This document shows positions 1 to 9,646 of a DNA stretch of 54,334 nt, one piece after another. This stretch comes from Candidatus Woesearchaeota archaeon. GTDB taxonomy: Archaea > Nanobdellota > Nanobdellia > Woesearchaeales > JACQSR01. Where the stretch lies: contig JACQSR010000018.1 in the NCBI GenBank assembly GCA_016211215.1, positions 1-54,334 on the forward strand, in the 5' to 3' direction. Made by a program: the position numbers and the translations under genes. The first letter of the stretch is position 1. The number at the start of each line of letters is the position of its first letter. The notes under the pieces are model-generated. The model worked only from the letters and a program-made list of their open reading frames with translations. It did not search any database and was not told where the DNA came from.

Positions 1-108
1 AATGATTTAGAGTTCTTCAGAAGGAGGTACAACCACTTTAGGCCGCATAGCAGCCTTGATGGCAAGAAGCCAGGGGAAGTGTATCATGATTTTGCACGAT
101 TATTCTGA
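1..108 (+). CDS. IS481/IS3-type DDE transposase, C-terminal fragment (5'-truncated by window)
   Basis: Frame 1 reads NDLEFFRRRYNHFRPHSSLDGKKPGEVYHDFARLF*. YNxxRPHxSLxGxxP is the integrase-core C-terminal motif of IS3/IS481 transposases. Not in the ORF track. Confidence 0.85.
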   Translation, partial: NDLEFFRRRYNHFRPHSSLDGKKPGEVYHDFARLF

Positions 109-136
109 CTAGTGACATATGTCACTTCGCTATACA
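1..136 (+). mobile_element. Right end of IS481-like insertion sequence (IRR 112-136)
   Basis: GTGACATATGTCACTTCGCTATACA follows the transposase stop and ends in ACA. Its reverse complement matches 54199-54223 at 19/25 positions. Confidence 0.8.
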
Positions 137-3100
137 CTATGGGTATCTGGACCTTTCATACATATAGTACCCTATTAACGCCGAAAGAATGATGATAACA
201 ACAATAATAACCCCCACTACTGCCCCTGTCTTTTTCCCCCCAGATGCAATAATCTTTGGCTCTTCTCCAGGCACAGTATTTTCCTCTGTAGTTAGTGTAC
301 TCCCCCCATCAGGCTTAGATTCAGCAACACCAATAGCATAATAGCTGAACCCGGGTGAATATGCAGAATATTGGAAAAAATCCCCATACTCCCCCACCAT
401 ATTAGTTTCCAACGCAACCCACTCATTGCCTACAAGCCTGTAAAGCACAACCTGGCCGCTGGAAATACTATTTTCATTAAGCCACTGTTTTTCGACCTTG
501 AAATTGACCGTGACAGCTGAAATATCATTGTCATCTACACCCTCCGGATTTAATTCCAGGTACTGGTAAACCTTTGACAATGCTTCCGAAGATGGATTTT
601 CATTTAAGCGTATAACGCTCAACTTTACGTTTATGCCTTCCTTGTTTACGCTCGCCAACACCTCTGTGACGGCAACCCCCTTTGTTGGAAACTCGCTTGC
701 CTTTTGACTGCCCTGTGTATTGGTCGCCTGACTAGATTCCCCTGCTGCAACATTATCTCCCCCGGAAGAAACCCTTACAGATTTTGAAGAAGAAATCGTT
801 CTGCAGTCCTGAGGGCAGTTTGCTATCGTTTCTCCACTTTCGCATATTTCATCTCCACAAAAAGAGGTTAATAGACATTGGCCATCTTCACAAATTCTCC
901 CGGCAGGGCATGCTGTTACACTACCCCATTCCAAGCATGTGTCTGTATCATAGTTTCCGCAAGTCTGATATCCATTGCCAGAGCACTGTTTAACTCCTGA
1001 GGTTGTGCATTCATTTGTGCATGTTGCAGCGCACAATCCATTGCTGCATGTCTGGCCAGAAGGGCAAGATGTTACACTACCCCATTCCAAGCATGTGTCT
1101 GTATCATAGTTTCCGCAAGTCTGATATCCATTGCCAGAGCACTGTTTAACTCCTGAGGTTGTGCATTCATTTGTGCAGCAATCCCCCGGACAATTTTGAG
1201 GTGTTTCTCCTGTTTCACAGATTGAGTTTCCGCATTTGAAAGACTCCTCATCTGTAATTATCAAATCATCGAAAACAGCGCCAACCCCACTAGTATCGAG
1301 CCCTAAATAACCGCTTACATGATAATTTTTGTATTCCGCCTCATCATCGTGAACCTGCAAAGACTTCTCGCCATTTACCCAGACAATTATATCAGGTCCA
1401 ACAGCAGTTATTTTCAGGACAACCCAATTTTCAACTGGATTTGCGCTGGTTTTTTGAAGACCAAGTGTTTTTAGTTGCTTAGTGTTATGGTCATATCTCA
1501 AAAGCGTAACATCCCCATTCGCCCTTAAATGAGCAAGGTATCCGCCATATTCGTCCCACACTGCGCGTCCCGGTTTTATCTTTCTAAACTGCATTCCTGC
1601 CCAGCCATTTCCTTGGCTAAGTAATTTTACTTTTATTTGCGCACTAAAATTAGAAAAAGTTTTATCCTTGATGCTTGTTAGTCCCTGAACAAGGTTATTT
1701 TGGATGTATATTTTGTTGTATACTTTGTTTGGTATTTCCTCGTATGTTACTCTCCAATCTCCTACAGAAGCTTGCCATTGAGAACTAGGATCATCTTGAT
1801 AATAATTAAAAATATCATAAAATAGCAGAGTCGGATGTGGCGCTAAATAACTATTAATAATGGCACCCCCATCTACAGCATTCCATGTGCTACCCCCGCT
1901 TTGGTCGTACACTGGTGCAAAATTCCAAACCCAGAAAACAGAACCGGCAAGACCTGCTTCAAGGGCTGCTTGCCTATGAGCTTTCATTGCTTGAGCAGCA
2001 ACAGCAGCTGAAGAGTACATAAATTTAAATGCACCATACTCACCTAATAAAAATGCAGTATTTGTTTTACCAATCTTGTCAAACTCGCTTGACCTTAATG
2101 CGTCATCGACAGAGAACGTATTGCTTGGGTACATGCCAAACCCGATAAAGTCAAGCTGCGTTGCGAACTGCGATAAAACTAGCGGTCGAGCTGGAAACCT
2201 TTCGTCAACCCAACCAGGTTCAATTTTAAGCCCGTTTGGGCCTGGTTTGCCCACATTTTTAAAGGTGGGTGTCTTTATCCCAACAAGCGCATTTGGGTCT
2301 TCTTCCTTTAGCGCTGCTGCAACCTGGTTTGCCCAATTTACCAAGTTAAAATCTTGGGCTGCTTGTCTTCCAATTGGGCTGTCTATATTATATATGCTCA
2401 TATTGTATGCCTTGCCATCTGCTGTAGTTACATTGGCAACCAATGGATTTCCGGAGGCATCCACCTTGAATGGTTTTGCAGTTCCATCGAAGACTATTTC
2501 TTCTTCGCTTATCACATACGCAAAAATTGTAGACAGCAAATCGGGATTGTGCTCTTTAATCTTGGCAACGAAATCTCTAACATACCTCTTTTTGGCATCT
2601 ATGAAACTCTTAACCATGAACATTCTCATAGTGCCGTCTATTGTGTTTAATTCATAACTCGACATTTCACCCCTTGCCCTATTCAAGTAACCATCATTTT
2701 GGGGGAGCCACTGAAGCCATGGCATGACATAAATATGGTTCTTGTTTGCTCTCTCTAAAAAATCAAGAAAATTATCCATGTAAGGGCTGTAAAGCCCCGT
2801 ATTGCTTATTGGTCCACTAATGCCAAACATTGTTTTACAAACTCTTTGGCCATTAATATCCATGCATAATTCTTGTTCGCCAGAAAAATCGATAGGCACC
2901 CATACTACATTATACCCTTCTTTTCTTAATAAAGCTAGTATATCTTCTGCTCTAGACGAGTCATAAAATCCCGGCTCGAAAAAAATATGGTTATGATTGA
3001 ATGCAGCTACTGTGTATTTCATCACGTTTGGAGTAAACCTTTCTCTTGTAATTGTATCGTAAAATTCGCCGAATTTGGTTCCAGGTCGCGTATCGATCCT

Positions 3101-3253
3101 ATTCAGATGGTTTACCCCAGAAATTTGCTCAATGGCTTTGCCGACAAGTTCAAACTTTCCGAAAAGTGCACCAAAGACTATAAAGCCAACCATTACAACA
3201 ATGGCAAGACTTAGTATTGGTATCCTCTTTTTATACTCACCAATAATAACCAT
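137..3253 (-). CDS. Membrane-anchored surface protein: clan GH-A-like glycoside hydrolase domain + DUF1080/LamG-like beta-sandwich + Cys-rich repeats + PGF-pre-PGF domain + C-terminal TM
   Basis: N-terminal hydrophobic segment; GH5-like motifs GYNVV, FAYVISEEE, LLGEYGA and FWVWN; WAGMQFR...LKITAVG...VWVNG...SGYLGL...FDDL; two CGxxICExGETxxNCPxDC motifs; SPGFSYYAI; C-terminal TM helix. Confidence 0.7.
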   Translation of the reverse strand: MVIIGEYKKRIPILSLAIVVMVGFIVFGALFGKFELVGKAIEQISGVNHLNRIDTRPGTKFGEFYDTITRERFTPNVMKYTVAAFNHNHIFFEPGFYDSSRAEDILALLRKEGYNVVWVPIDFSGEQELCMDINGQRVCKTMFGISGPISNTGLYSPYMDNFLDFLERANKNHIYVMPWLQWLPQNDGYLNRARGEMSSYELNTIDGTMRMFMVKSFIDAKKRYVRDFVAKIKEHNPDLLSTIFAYVISEEEIVFDGTAKPFKVDASGNPLVANVTTADGKAYNMSIYNIDSPIGRQAAQDFNLVNWANQVAAALKEEDPNALVGIKTPTFKNVGKPGPNGLKIEPGWVDERFPARPLVLSQFATQLDFIGFGMYPSNTFSVDDALRSSEFDKIGKTNTAFLLGEYGAFKFMYSSAAVAAQAMKAHRQAALEAGLAGSVFWVWNFAPVYDQSGGSTWNAVDGGAIINSYLAPHPTLLFYDIFNYYQDDPSSQWQASVGDWRVTYEEIPNKVYNKIYIQNNLVQGLTSIKDKTFSNFSAQIKVKLLSQGNGWAGMQFRKIKPGRAVWDEYGGYLAHLRANGDVTLLRYDHNTKQLKTLGLQKTSANPVENWVVLKITAVGPDIIVWVNGEKSLQVHDDEAEYKNYHVSGYLGLDTSGVGAVFDDLIITDEESFKCGNSICETGETPQNCPGDCCTNECTTSGVKQCSGNGYQTCGNYDTDTCLEWGSVTSCPSGQTCSNGLCAATCTNECTTSGVKQCSGNGYQTCGNYDTDTCLEWGSVTACPAGRICEDGQCLLTSFCGDEICESGETIANCPQDCRTISSSKSVRVSSGGDNVAAGESSQATNTQGSQKASEFPTKGVAVTEVLASVNKEGINVKLSVIRLNENPSSEALSKVYQYLELNPEGVDDNDISAVTVNFKVEKQWLNENSISSGQVVLYRLVGNEWVALETNMVGEYGDFFQYSAYSPGFSYYAIGVAESKPDGGSTLTTEENTVPGEEPKIIASGGKKTGAVVGVIIVVIIILSALIGYYMYERSRYP
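914..1177. repeat. Exact 108-bp direct repeat (914-1021 and 1070-1177; period 156 bp) encoding Cys-rich module CTNECTTSGVKQCSGNGYQTCGNYDTDTCLEWGSVT
   Basis: The two copies are identical in DNA and in frame within the 137-3253 CDS. Confidence 0.95.
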
Positions 3254-3291
3254 TATAGGAATTCTTGGATTCCCTGTTTAAATACCTTCTC

Positions 3292-3927
3292 CTAAAACCT
3301 ATCCCTTATTATCCTCCACGCAATAAAAAAACCATCGGACATTTTAATCTTGCTCTCTCCGGCCCTTTTTAGGTACCGCACAGGTATTTCCTTAACTTTC
3401 ATCTTCCTCTTCAATGCAAGCAAACTCATCTGCGCCTCTATGTCAAATCCCTTTGCAGTTAATCCTTTGTACTTTGCAACCTTGAAAGCCCTCATGCCGG
3501 TGTTGATGTCATGCAAATGCCCGCCATAAAGAAGGTTTATCAGTTGGGTGTGAAAAATATTGGCAAGGCGATGCGAAAATGATATATCCTTCATGTCCCT
3601 TACGCCAAAAACAACATCGTATTCCGGGAAAAACTTCAGCATCCTTGGAATTTCCTCCGGCGGATAGGTTTTGTCGCAGTCAAGCAAAACCAAAACATCA
3701 TAGCCCTTGGAAGATGCAACCTCAACGGCTTTTCTTATGCCATAGCCCTTCCCAATGCCGTCCCTTTGGTAAACATCCACCCTGTTCTTCCTTGCAATCT
3801 CCTGAGTTCCGTCTGTGGAGTTTGAATCCGCAATGAACAGGCCATACCCAAGCTTCTTTACAGAACTTATCATCTCCTGGATGCTTTCCCCCTCGTTCCT
3901 CGTCGGAAGGCATACAATGACTTTCAT
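3292..3927 (-). CDS. Glycosyltransferase family 2, DPM1-like (polyprenol-phosphate sugar synthase)
   Basis: LPTRNE, DSNSTDGT, GIGKGYG, DCD (DxD), DINTGMRAF, RAGESK. Confidence 0.9.
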   Translation of the reverse strand: MKVIVCLPTRNEGESIQEMISSVKKLGYGLFIADSNSTDGTQEIARKNRVDVYQRDGIGKGYGIRKAVEVASSKGYDVLVLLDCDKTYPPEEIPRMLKFFPEYDVVFGVRDMKDISFSHRLANIFHTQLINLLYGGHLHDINTGMRAFKVAKYKGLTAKGFDIEAQMSLLALKRKMKVKEIPVRYLKRAGESKIKMSDGFFIAWRIIRDRF

Positions 3928-3928
3928 G

Positions 3929-4900
3929 TCATTGCCTCGAGAAATATTCAGAATACCACAAAAAGGCCTCCTTCAGGGCATCTTCCATCCGGTACTTAGG
4001 CTTCCACCCAAGCATCTCCTGCGCTTTCCTGCACAGCAGGTACTGCTCCCTAATCTCGCTGCTTGCCTGATTGAGTATCTTTACATCAACCTTCCCCTTT
4101 CCGCTGACGTCTATGATTTTATCCACCATGTCCTTCACGCTTATTGGGGTATTTGTCCCGAAATTGAATGCATGGCCGTGTATCTGCTTCCTGCCGAGAT
4201 TTTCCGCAAGCGTAAAGTAGGAGTTGACTGCATCCTTGACATAAAAATAATCCCGCATGTAATTTCCATCGCTCCTTATTATTATTGGCTCATTTTTCAG
4301 GACAGATTGAATCGTTCCGGGAACAATCCTGGAGAAATTCAAATCACCGCCCCCATAAAGGTTGCCGCACCTTGTGATTCCAACCGGAACGCCGTAGGTC
4401 TTGAAATATGACTGTGCAATCAGGTCGGCGCAGCTTTTCGAAACATCGTAGGGATATTCTCCCGCAAGAACAGCCTCTTCCGTGTACGGCAATTTTACAT
4501 GGCTTCCGTACGCCTTGTCGGAGCTTGCCACAACAACGCCCTTAATCCTGTCATTCCTTCTGGCTGCCTCCAGAACATTAACAGTCCCCATTATGTTTAC
4601 CTTGAAAGTTGGCAGCGGACTTTTGACTGCCGTCCCCACAATAGTCTGCGCAGCCAGATGAAATACAGTATCCACGTCATGCTCTATCATCGGCCTCTCT
4701 ATCGTGTCGTAGTCTTCAACAGAACCGTGAACTACGGTTACCTTGTCGTAAAGCCCGAAAATGTCGAATGGCGATTCAGGCACCACGTCTCGCTGCAAAA
4801 CTATGACCTTTGCCCTGTTCTCAACCAGGCTTTTCACCAGCCAGCTTCCCAAAAAACCTGTTCCGCCGGTTACAAAAACACGCCTGTCCGACCAGCTCAT
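3929..4900 (-). CDS. rfbG: CDP-glucose 4,6-dehydratase-like NAD-dependent epimerase/dehydratase
   Basis: TGGTGFLG, HLAAQ, SSDKAYG, YDVSK, RCGNLYGGGD. Start moved to 4900 (ATGA overlap with rfbF stop). Confidence 0.8.
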   Translation of the reverse strand: MSWSDRRVFVTGGTGFLGSWLVKSLVENRAKVIVLQRDVVPESPFDIFGLYDKVTVVHGSVEDYDTIERPMIEHDVDTVFHLAAQTIVGTAVKSPLPTFKVNIMGTVNVLEAARRNDRIKGVVVASSDKAYGSHVKLPYTEEAVLAGEYPYDVSKSCADLIAQSYFKTYGVPVGITRCGNLYGGGDLNFSRIVPGTIQSVLKNEPIIIRSDGNYMRDYFYVKDAVNSYFTLAENLGRKQIHGHAFNFGTNTPISVKDMVDKIIDVSGKGKVDVKILNQASSEIREQYLLCRKAQEMLGWKPKYRMEDALKEAFLWYSEYFSRQ

Positions 4901-5667
4901 TTCCACACTCTCCATGGGGCAATGTTTTCATTCCACATCCTGTTCAGCTGTTCAGCGTCCTTGAAAGTATCCATGCACTCCCAGAAGCCCTTAAACCTGT
5001 AAGCCGCAATTTCCCTCTGCTCGGTGAGCCTCCCGAAAGTGTCTTTCTCAAGCACATCACCGTCATGCAGATGGCTGAAAATATTCCTGTTGAAGACAAA
5101 AAATCCCCCGTTTATCCACTGTGAAAGCCTTGGCTTTTCCCTGAAGCTGTTTATCACGTCGTCCTCCGCAATGTCAAGTATTCCATACTGCGAAATTGGG
5201 TTTATTGCAGTCAATGTTGCAATCTTGCCTTTCCTCCTGTGGAACTCCAGCAGCGCATTCAGGTCAACATTTGACACGCCATCGCCGTAAGTGCAGAAAA
5301 AATCATCTCCATCTATGTACTTTTCTATCTTCTTTATCCTTCCGCCCGTGTTTGTGTTCTCTCCGGTGTCCGCAAACGTGATTTTCCAGTCTTCTACATC
5401 CTGGCTGTGGGGGATTATTTTGTTTTCATTGCTGAGCTGCAGCGTAAAATCATCCTTTAGCTCGTGGTAATTCACAAAATAGTCCTTTATCTTATCTCCC
5501 CTATAACCCAGACAAACAATAAATTCATTAAAGCCGTAGTAAGAATATAGTTTCATTATGTGCCATATTATGGGCCTGTCCCCAATGTGCACCAACGGCT
5601 TTGGAATCTGCCCTGTATATTCCTTCATCCGCATTCCCACGCCGCCGGCAAGGATTACTGTTTTCAT
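4897..5667 (-). CDS. rfbF: Glucose-1-phosphate cytidylyltransferase
   Basis: ILAGGVGMR, PKPLV, WHIMKLYS, DTGENTNTGGRIK, TYGDGV, GFWECMDT. Confidence 0.9.
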   Translation of the reverse strand: MKTVILAGGVGMRMKEYTGQIPKPLVHIGDRPIIWHIMKLYSYYGFNEFIVCLGYRGDKIKDYFVNYHELKDDFTLQLSNENKIIPHSQDVEDWKITFADTGENTNTGGRIKKIEKYIDGDDFFCTYGDGVSNVDLNALLEFHRRKGKIATLTAINPISQYGILDIAEDDVINSFREKPRLSQWINGGFFVFNRNIFSHLHDGDVLEKDTFGRLTEQREIAAYRFKGFWECMDTFKDAEQLNRMWNENIAPWRVWK

Positions 5668-5801
5668 GGGCTGCTGAAATAACTGGGGATTTAAAAGGGT
5701 TTCTAAGGGGTTTATATATTCCAGGAGCCAGTGCCTGGTACATAAAAAGATTCATTCACGCATTTCCAACGGCGTGTTACTAAGGAGATTTGCTATGCCT
5801 A

Positions 5802-7301
5802 TCAGGAGATATCGAAGCTGATTGCCCTTTCATCCTTGTTGCCTGCATCGTCAATTGCCCTGACCAGCAGGTTGTGCCCCCCAGTTGGGAAGAATTTTGA
5901 GCCAAGATAACCGCCACAGCCGAGACAGAAAGTGTTTTCCCTCCCTGCCTCGAGATATTTTAAATTCACTTCCTCTGAGGCTGAGATGTTGAAGTAAACC
6001 CTGCCCTCTCCTGAATAGTAATCCAATTGGGTTATAACTGGTCTTGTAGTGTCCACATACACAAAGACGGGCTTGGACGAGCCTTTGTTTCCAGCGACGT
6101 CTTTGATATCAAACCAATAAGTCATGTTCCTGCCGTCATACTGGTTTATGTTGGCTGTGAAAGTGCAGGACTGGGTCTTTTCAAGAGGATTATAGCCGCA
6201 GGCTTTTGACGTCTGCTCGCCCCCATAATGGAGAGTTATCTTCTCCATGTTCAACTCTTCCCATTCCAACACAAAAGTACCGTTTGTGTATTTTCTTCTT
6301 GCCGGATAGGTTTTCCGTATTTTTGGGGCTTTGCTGTCCGTCAGGAAAGAGATTGATTTGCTTTTATTTATGCTGCCGTTTCTTGCATAAAAAGTAACAT
6401 TATGCAGCCCGTCCCGGAAGCTCTTGGTTTTCTCGGCTGAAAATCCATACTCACCGCAATCCCTGCAAAGCATGCGCTCCCTCGGAGTTTTCTCCATAAA
6501 ATCTATGTAGAAAATCTCTCCAACTTTCGTGCTTGCCGAAATATTGAATTTGATTGTCCTGTTGGTGCTAATCTTATCAGGAACATAATTTATGGTTAGT
6601 TTGAGCGGACAAATGGATAGGTCATCTGCAACTCCGTTGCAGTCATTGTCCAAATCATCGTCGCAGATTTCGGCTGATGGCCCAATTTCCTCCTGCACTG
6701 TCTGATAGCTGCCGCCCTCGCACCGCCTGATTTCCCTCTGGCACACTCCAACGTCGGAGCCGGAAACTATATCGGGAAGGTTTTCATCAATTTCCCCGTC
6801 ACAATTGTCATCGATGCCGTTGCATGTCTCATTGGGTGTGATTTCGCACGGGCTGCATCCTGCATAGAATTCACAGGTTGAGAAATCATGGCACAAACTG
6901 GATTGGTACGCCAGAACGAACTCGGCACCCCGCACTATTCCGCCATCCCCCTCGTAATAAAGTATGCCCAAGACCAAAACAGAAGCTCCAGAAGGCAGAG
7001 TTTCAATCTCCCCTATGCCTAATGGCTGGGTTTCTTCCCCATTGACCGAAAACTCTGCAGTAGAGGGCAAAAGGTCATTGATGGATTTAACCCACACCTC
7101 AAAATCAAATCCGTCTATCTCATACACCACTGTGTCATTTTCAGCCAGAATGTCATAAACATACGAAGGCTCGCCTGAAGACCCGCAGCCCTGGGTATAA
7201 GCATCTTCTAATGAATATCCAGACAAAACCAGCAAGCAAAAGATTCCAGCCCAAACTATGACACGGATTTTAATTTCAAAGCACCCCCAAAATGCCTGCA
7301 C
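5802..7301 (-). CDS. Secreted/surface protein with Cys/Asp-rich MopE-like metal-binding repeats and C-terminal Ig-like domains
   Basis: Signal-like N-terminus; ETCNGIDDNCDGEIDE and EICDDDLDNDCNGVADD; DVAGN/DDAGN Ig-like ends. Start uncertain. Confidence 0.65.
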   Translation of the reverse strand: MQAFWGCFEIKIRVIVWAGIFCLLVLSGYSLEDAYTQGCGSSGEPSYVYDILAENDTVVYEIDGFDFEVWVKSINDLLPSTAEFSVNGEETQPLGIGEIETLPSGASVLVLGILYYEGDGGIVRGAEFVLAYQSSLCHDFSTCEFYAGCSPCEITPNETCNGIDDNCDGEIDENLPDIVSGSDVGVCQREIRRCEGGSYQTVQEEIGPSAEICDDDLDNDCNGVADDLSICPLKLTINYVPDKISTNRTIKFNISASTKVGEIFYIDFMEKTPRERMLCRDCGEYGFSAEKTKSFRDGLHNVTFYARNGSINKSKSISFLTDSKAPKIRKTYPARRKYTNGTFVLEWEELNMEKITLHYGGEQTSKACGYNPLEKTQSCTFTANINQYDGRNMTYWFDIKDVAGNKGSSKPVFVYVDTTRPVITQLDYYSGEGRVYFNISASEEVNLKYLEAGRENTFCLGCGGYLGSKFFPTGGHNLLVRAIDDAGNKDERAISFDIS

Positions 7302-7362
7302 CGGGAGTCAGGGTTGAATATAAAAAGATTTATTGCCCCCAGAATATGCTCCCAAAGAGCAG

Positions 7363-8358
7363 CTATAAATTGTACTGCTTCCTGTAATATTCAAGGTACT
7401 CTCCCGATTTTAACCTCTTCCACCACCACCTGTTTGCCTTGTACCAGTTTACCGTTGTTTTTATGCCTTCCTCAAATGAAACCTTTGGCTTGAAGCCGAG
7501 TTTCCTGATTTTAGCGCTGTCAAGGCTGTACCTGAAATCATGTCCGGGACGGTCTTTGACGGGCTTGATTAATGAGTCGGGCTTGCCGAGCAGTTTCAAT
7601 ATCAGCCTTGTAACTCCTTTGTTGGATAATTCCTGCCCGGATGCAATGTTATAAATTTCCCCAGGCATTCCCTTTTCCACGGCCAAAGAGATTGCCCTGC
7701 AGTTATCCTCCACATAAAGCCAGTCCCTCACATTGCTTCCATCGCCGTACAAGGGCAGTTCCTTGTCCTCGATTGCGTTTGTGATGAACAGCGGCATTAA
7801 TTTCTCCGGATACTGGAAAGGCCCGTAATTGTTCGAGCTTCTTGTTATGACTACCGGAAGCCTGTAGGTGACGAAATAGGAATGGGCAAGCATATCTGCT
7901 CCGGCCTTTGAAGCTGAATAGGGGCTGCTCGGCCTTAGCAGGTCATTTTCATTAAACGAGCCTTTCTCCCTGCTCCCATAAACCTCGTCGGTGGATATCT
8001 GCACAAATCGCTTTACCTTGTGCCTTCTTGCAGCCTCAAGCAGTGTGTAAGTCCCAAAAATATCCGTCCGTATAAAGTCACCGGGCTTTCCGATGCTCCT
8101 GTCAACATGGCTCTCTGCTGCAAAATTTACAATTATGTCCGCATCCCTGGCCAGCTTGTCAACAATGGCAGCATCGCATATGTCCCCTTTTGCATAATCG
8201 TACCTTGCATCGTCCTCGACATCCTTCAGATTGTCCGGATTTCCTGCGTAGGTCTGCTTGTCCAGATTGACAACCTGCACATCCGGTTTTGTTGCAAGAA
8301 TATGCCTGATAAAATGCGAGCCTATAAATCCCAGTCCGCCGGTAACGAGTATTCTCAT
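7363..8358 (-). CDS. rfbB: dTDP-glucose 4,6-dehydratase
   Basis: TGGLGFIG, FAAESHVDRS, STDEVYG, YSASK, DRPGHDFRY. Confidence 0.95.
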   Translation of the reverse strand: MRILVTGGLGFIGSHFIRHILATKPDVQVVNLDKQTYAGNPDNLKDVEDDARYDYAKGDICDAAIVDKLARDADIIVNFAAESHVDRSIGKPGDFIRTDIFGTYTLLEAARRHKVKRFVQISTDEVYGSREKGSFNENDLLRPSSPYSASKAGADMLAHSYFVTYRLPVVITRSSNNYGPFQYPEKLMPLFITNAIEDKELPLYGDGSNVRDWLYVEDNCRAISLAVEKGMPGEIYNIASGQELSNKGVTRLILKLLGKPDSLIKPVKDRPGHDFRYSLDSAKIRKLGFKPKVSFEEGIKTTVNWYKANRWWWKRLKSGEYLEYYRKQYNL

Positions 8359-8447
8359 AATTCCTCAGTATGGCCTACCTAACGCCATTCTTAAATATTT
8401 CCCTAAAGATTGTTAATATTTATAAAGTTCAGGGCAACTCTGCGCTC

Positions 8448-8675
8448 ATGGCGGGGAACATTGCATTAGTGGTAGGCAACGTAGTATCTGGCGTGATATT
8501 GCCGGATAGGAGAGAATGCTCAGGGAAAAATATTGCTGAGGCGCTGCAGTCGGAAAGAAATTTGCTTGAGCGCAGATACGGTGCGGTAATGCCCGGTCCC
8601 GAGGGAGCACTTCTTGTTTATTATTCCTCCTGTCCAAGGGATACAGAACTAATAAGCCCCTACTCATCGCATTGA
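8448..8675 (+). CDS. Small hypothetical protein
   Basis: ATG about 22 nt after TTTATAAA (8419-8426). No recognisable motif. Confidence 0.35.
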   Translation: MAGNIALVVGNVVSGVILPDRRECSGKNIAEALQSERNLLERRYGAVMPGPEGALLVYYSSCPRDTELISPYSSH

Positions 8676-8728
8676 CTGGAATTCTATTTTTTGTCAACCT
8701 TTTTAACTGATGCCACAACCCCACAGGG

Positions 8729-9187
8729 ATGGAATTCACAAACCTAAACGGTATTCCTGTGGGCTATGAAACCATTGGCGGCATAAAAATAATCTATCCT
8801 ATCCGGCTTGAGCCGGAGTTTCTTCAAAAATTAGACGATAAAGGAAGAATTGCAGTGCCAAAGAAACTTGTGGATGCTTATGAGCTATCCTCTGAAGATA
8901 TTATCACAATACTCTATCTCGGAATGCTTGACATAAAGGGAGATGAGAGAACAAAGGTTGGCATCGAAAGTTTTGTATCAGGAGATTATGTTCATCAGGC
9001 ACTTCACCAAATAATCGGGGGAATGTCAGATATAAGTGAAATTGACTCGGAAAACAGGTTTACGGTGTCGGCAGATGTCCGCAACTGGTTTACCCAGAAA
9101 TACACAGAAGAACTCAGCAAAGTTATGGGGAGAATCTACAAAATCGAGAGAAAAATTCAGCCCCCTTTCTCAACCCCCCATTCATAA
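8729..9187 (+). CDS. MraZ/AbrB-like swapped-hairpin DNA-binding protein
   Basis: Two DxxxR-type motifs: KLDDKGRIAVP and EIDSENRFTVS. Confidence 0.5.
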   Translation: MEFTNLNGIPVGYETIGGIKIIYPIRLEPEFLQKLDDKGRIAVPKKLVDAYELSSEDIITILYLGMLDIKGDERTKVGIESFVSGDYVHQALHQIIGGMSDISEIDSENRFTVSADVRNWFTQKYTEELSKVMGRIYKIERKIQPPFSTPHS

Positions 9188-9615
9188 GGGATATCCTTAG
9201 ATTTGTGGGAAATTCTAAATTCGTCAGGAGTTTTATAATCGTATTTTTCCGTGGGCACATTAATCAGGTAGCATGGCTCATTTCCCACCGGAGTAATTCC
9301 GTGCAAAACATTAGTCGGGATTTTCAGGAGTATTGGGTTTTTCTCGCCTAAAAAATGCTCCTCAACTTTTCCTTTCGTGCTGCTGTTTTCCCTTAAGTCG
9401 TACAGAACAACCTTTGCATTGCCCTTCACAACAACAAAATGGTCAACCTGCTTTTTGTGGTAATGCCATCCCTTGACGACATTTGGCTTGCACACGGAAA
9501 GGTAAACCTGCCCGAACCTCTCAAACAATTCATCATCATTGCGAAGCATCTCCATCAGGAAGCCGCGGTCATCCGATACAACCTTCAGTTTCTTTATCTT
9601 TACGCCTTCTATCAT
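9157..9615 (-). CDS. rfbC: dTDP-4-dehydrorhamnose 3,5-epimerase family (cupin)
   Basis: DDRGFLME, VKGWHYH, DLRENSST, IPTNVLHG. Start moved to MIEGV at 9615. Confidence 0.85.
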   Translation of the reverse strand: MIEGVKIKKLKVVSDDRGFLMEMLRNDDELFERFGQVYLSVCKPNVVKGWHYHKKQVDHFVVVKGNAKVVLYDLRENSSTKGKVEEHFLGEKNPILLKIPTNVLHGITPVGNEPCYLINVPTEKYDYKTPDEFRISHKSKDIPYEWGVEKGG

Positions 9616-9634
9616 GGCCTTCCCGAATCGCAAC

Positions 9635-9646
9635 CTATTTATATAG
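9635..9646. promoter_or_regulatory. Candidate bidirectional TATA box between divergent rfbC and GT2
   Basis: CTATTTATATAG lies in a 50-bp gap, with its TATA core 21-23 nt from both start codons. Confidence 0.6.

Noticed and set aside
914-1177. Repeat considered as a CRISPR array or DGR template/variable pair
   Set aside because: There are only two long in-frame copies, no adenine-specific mismatches, and no cas or reverse transcriptase gene.
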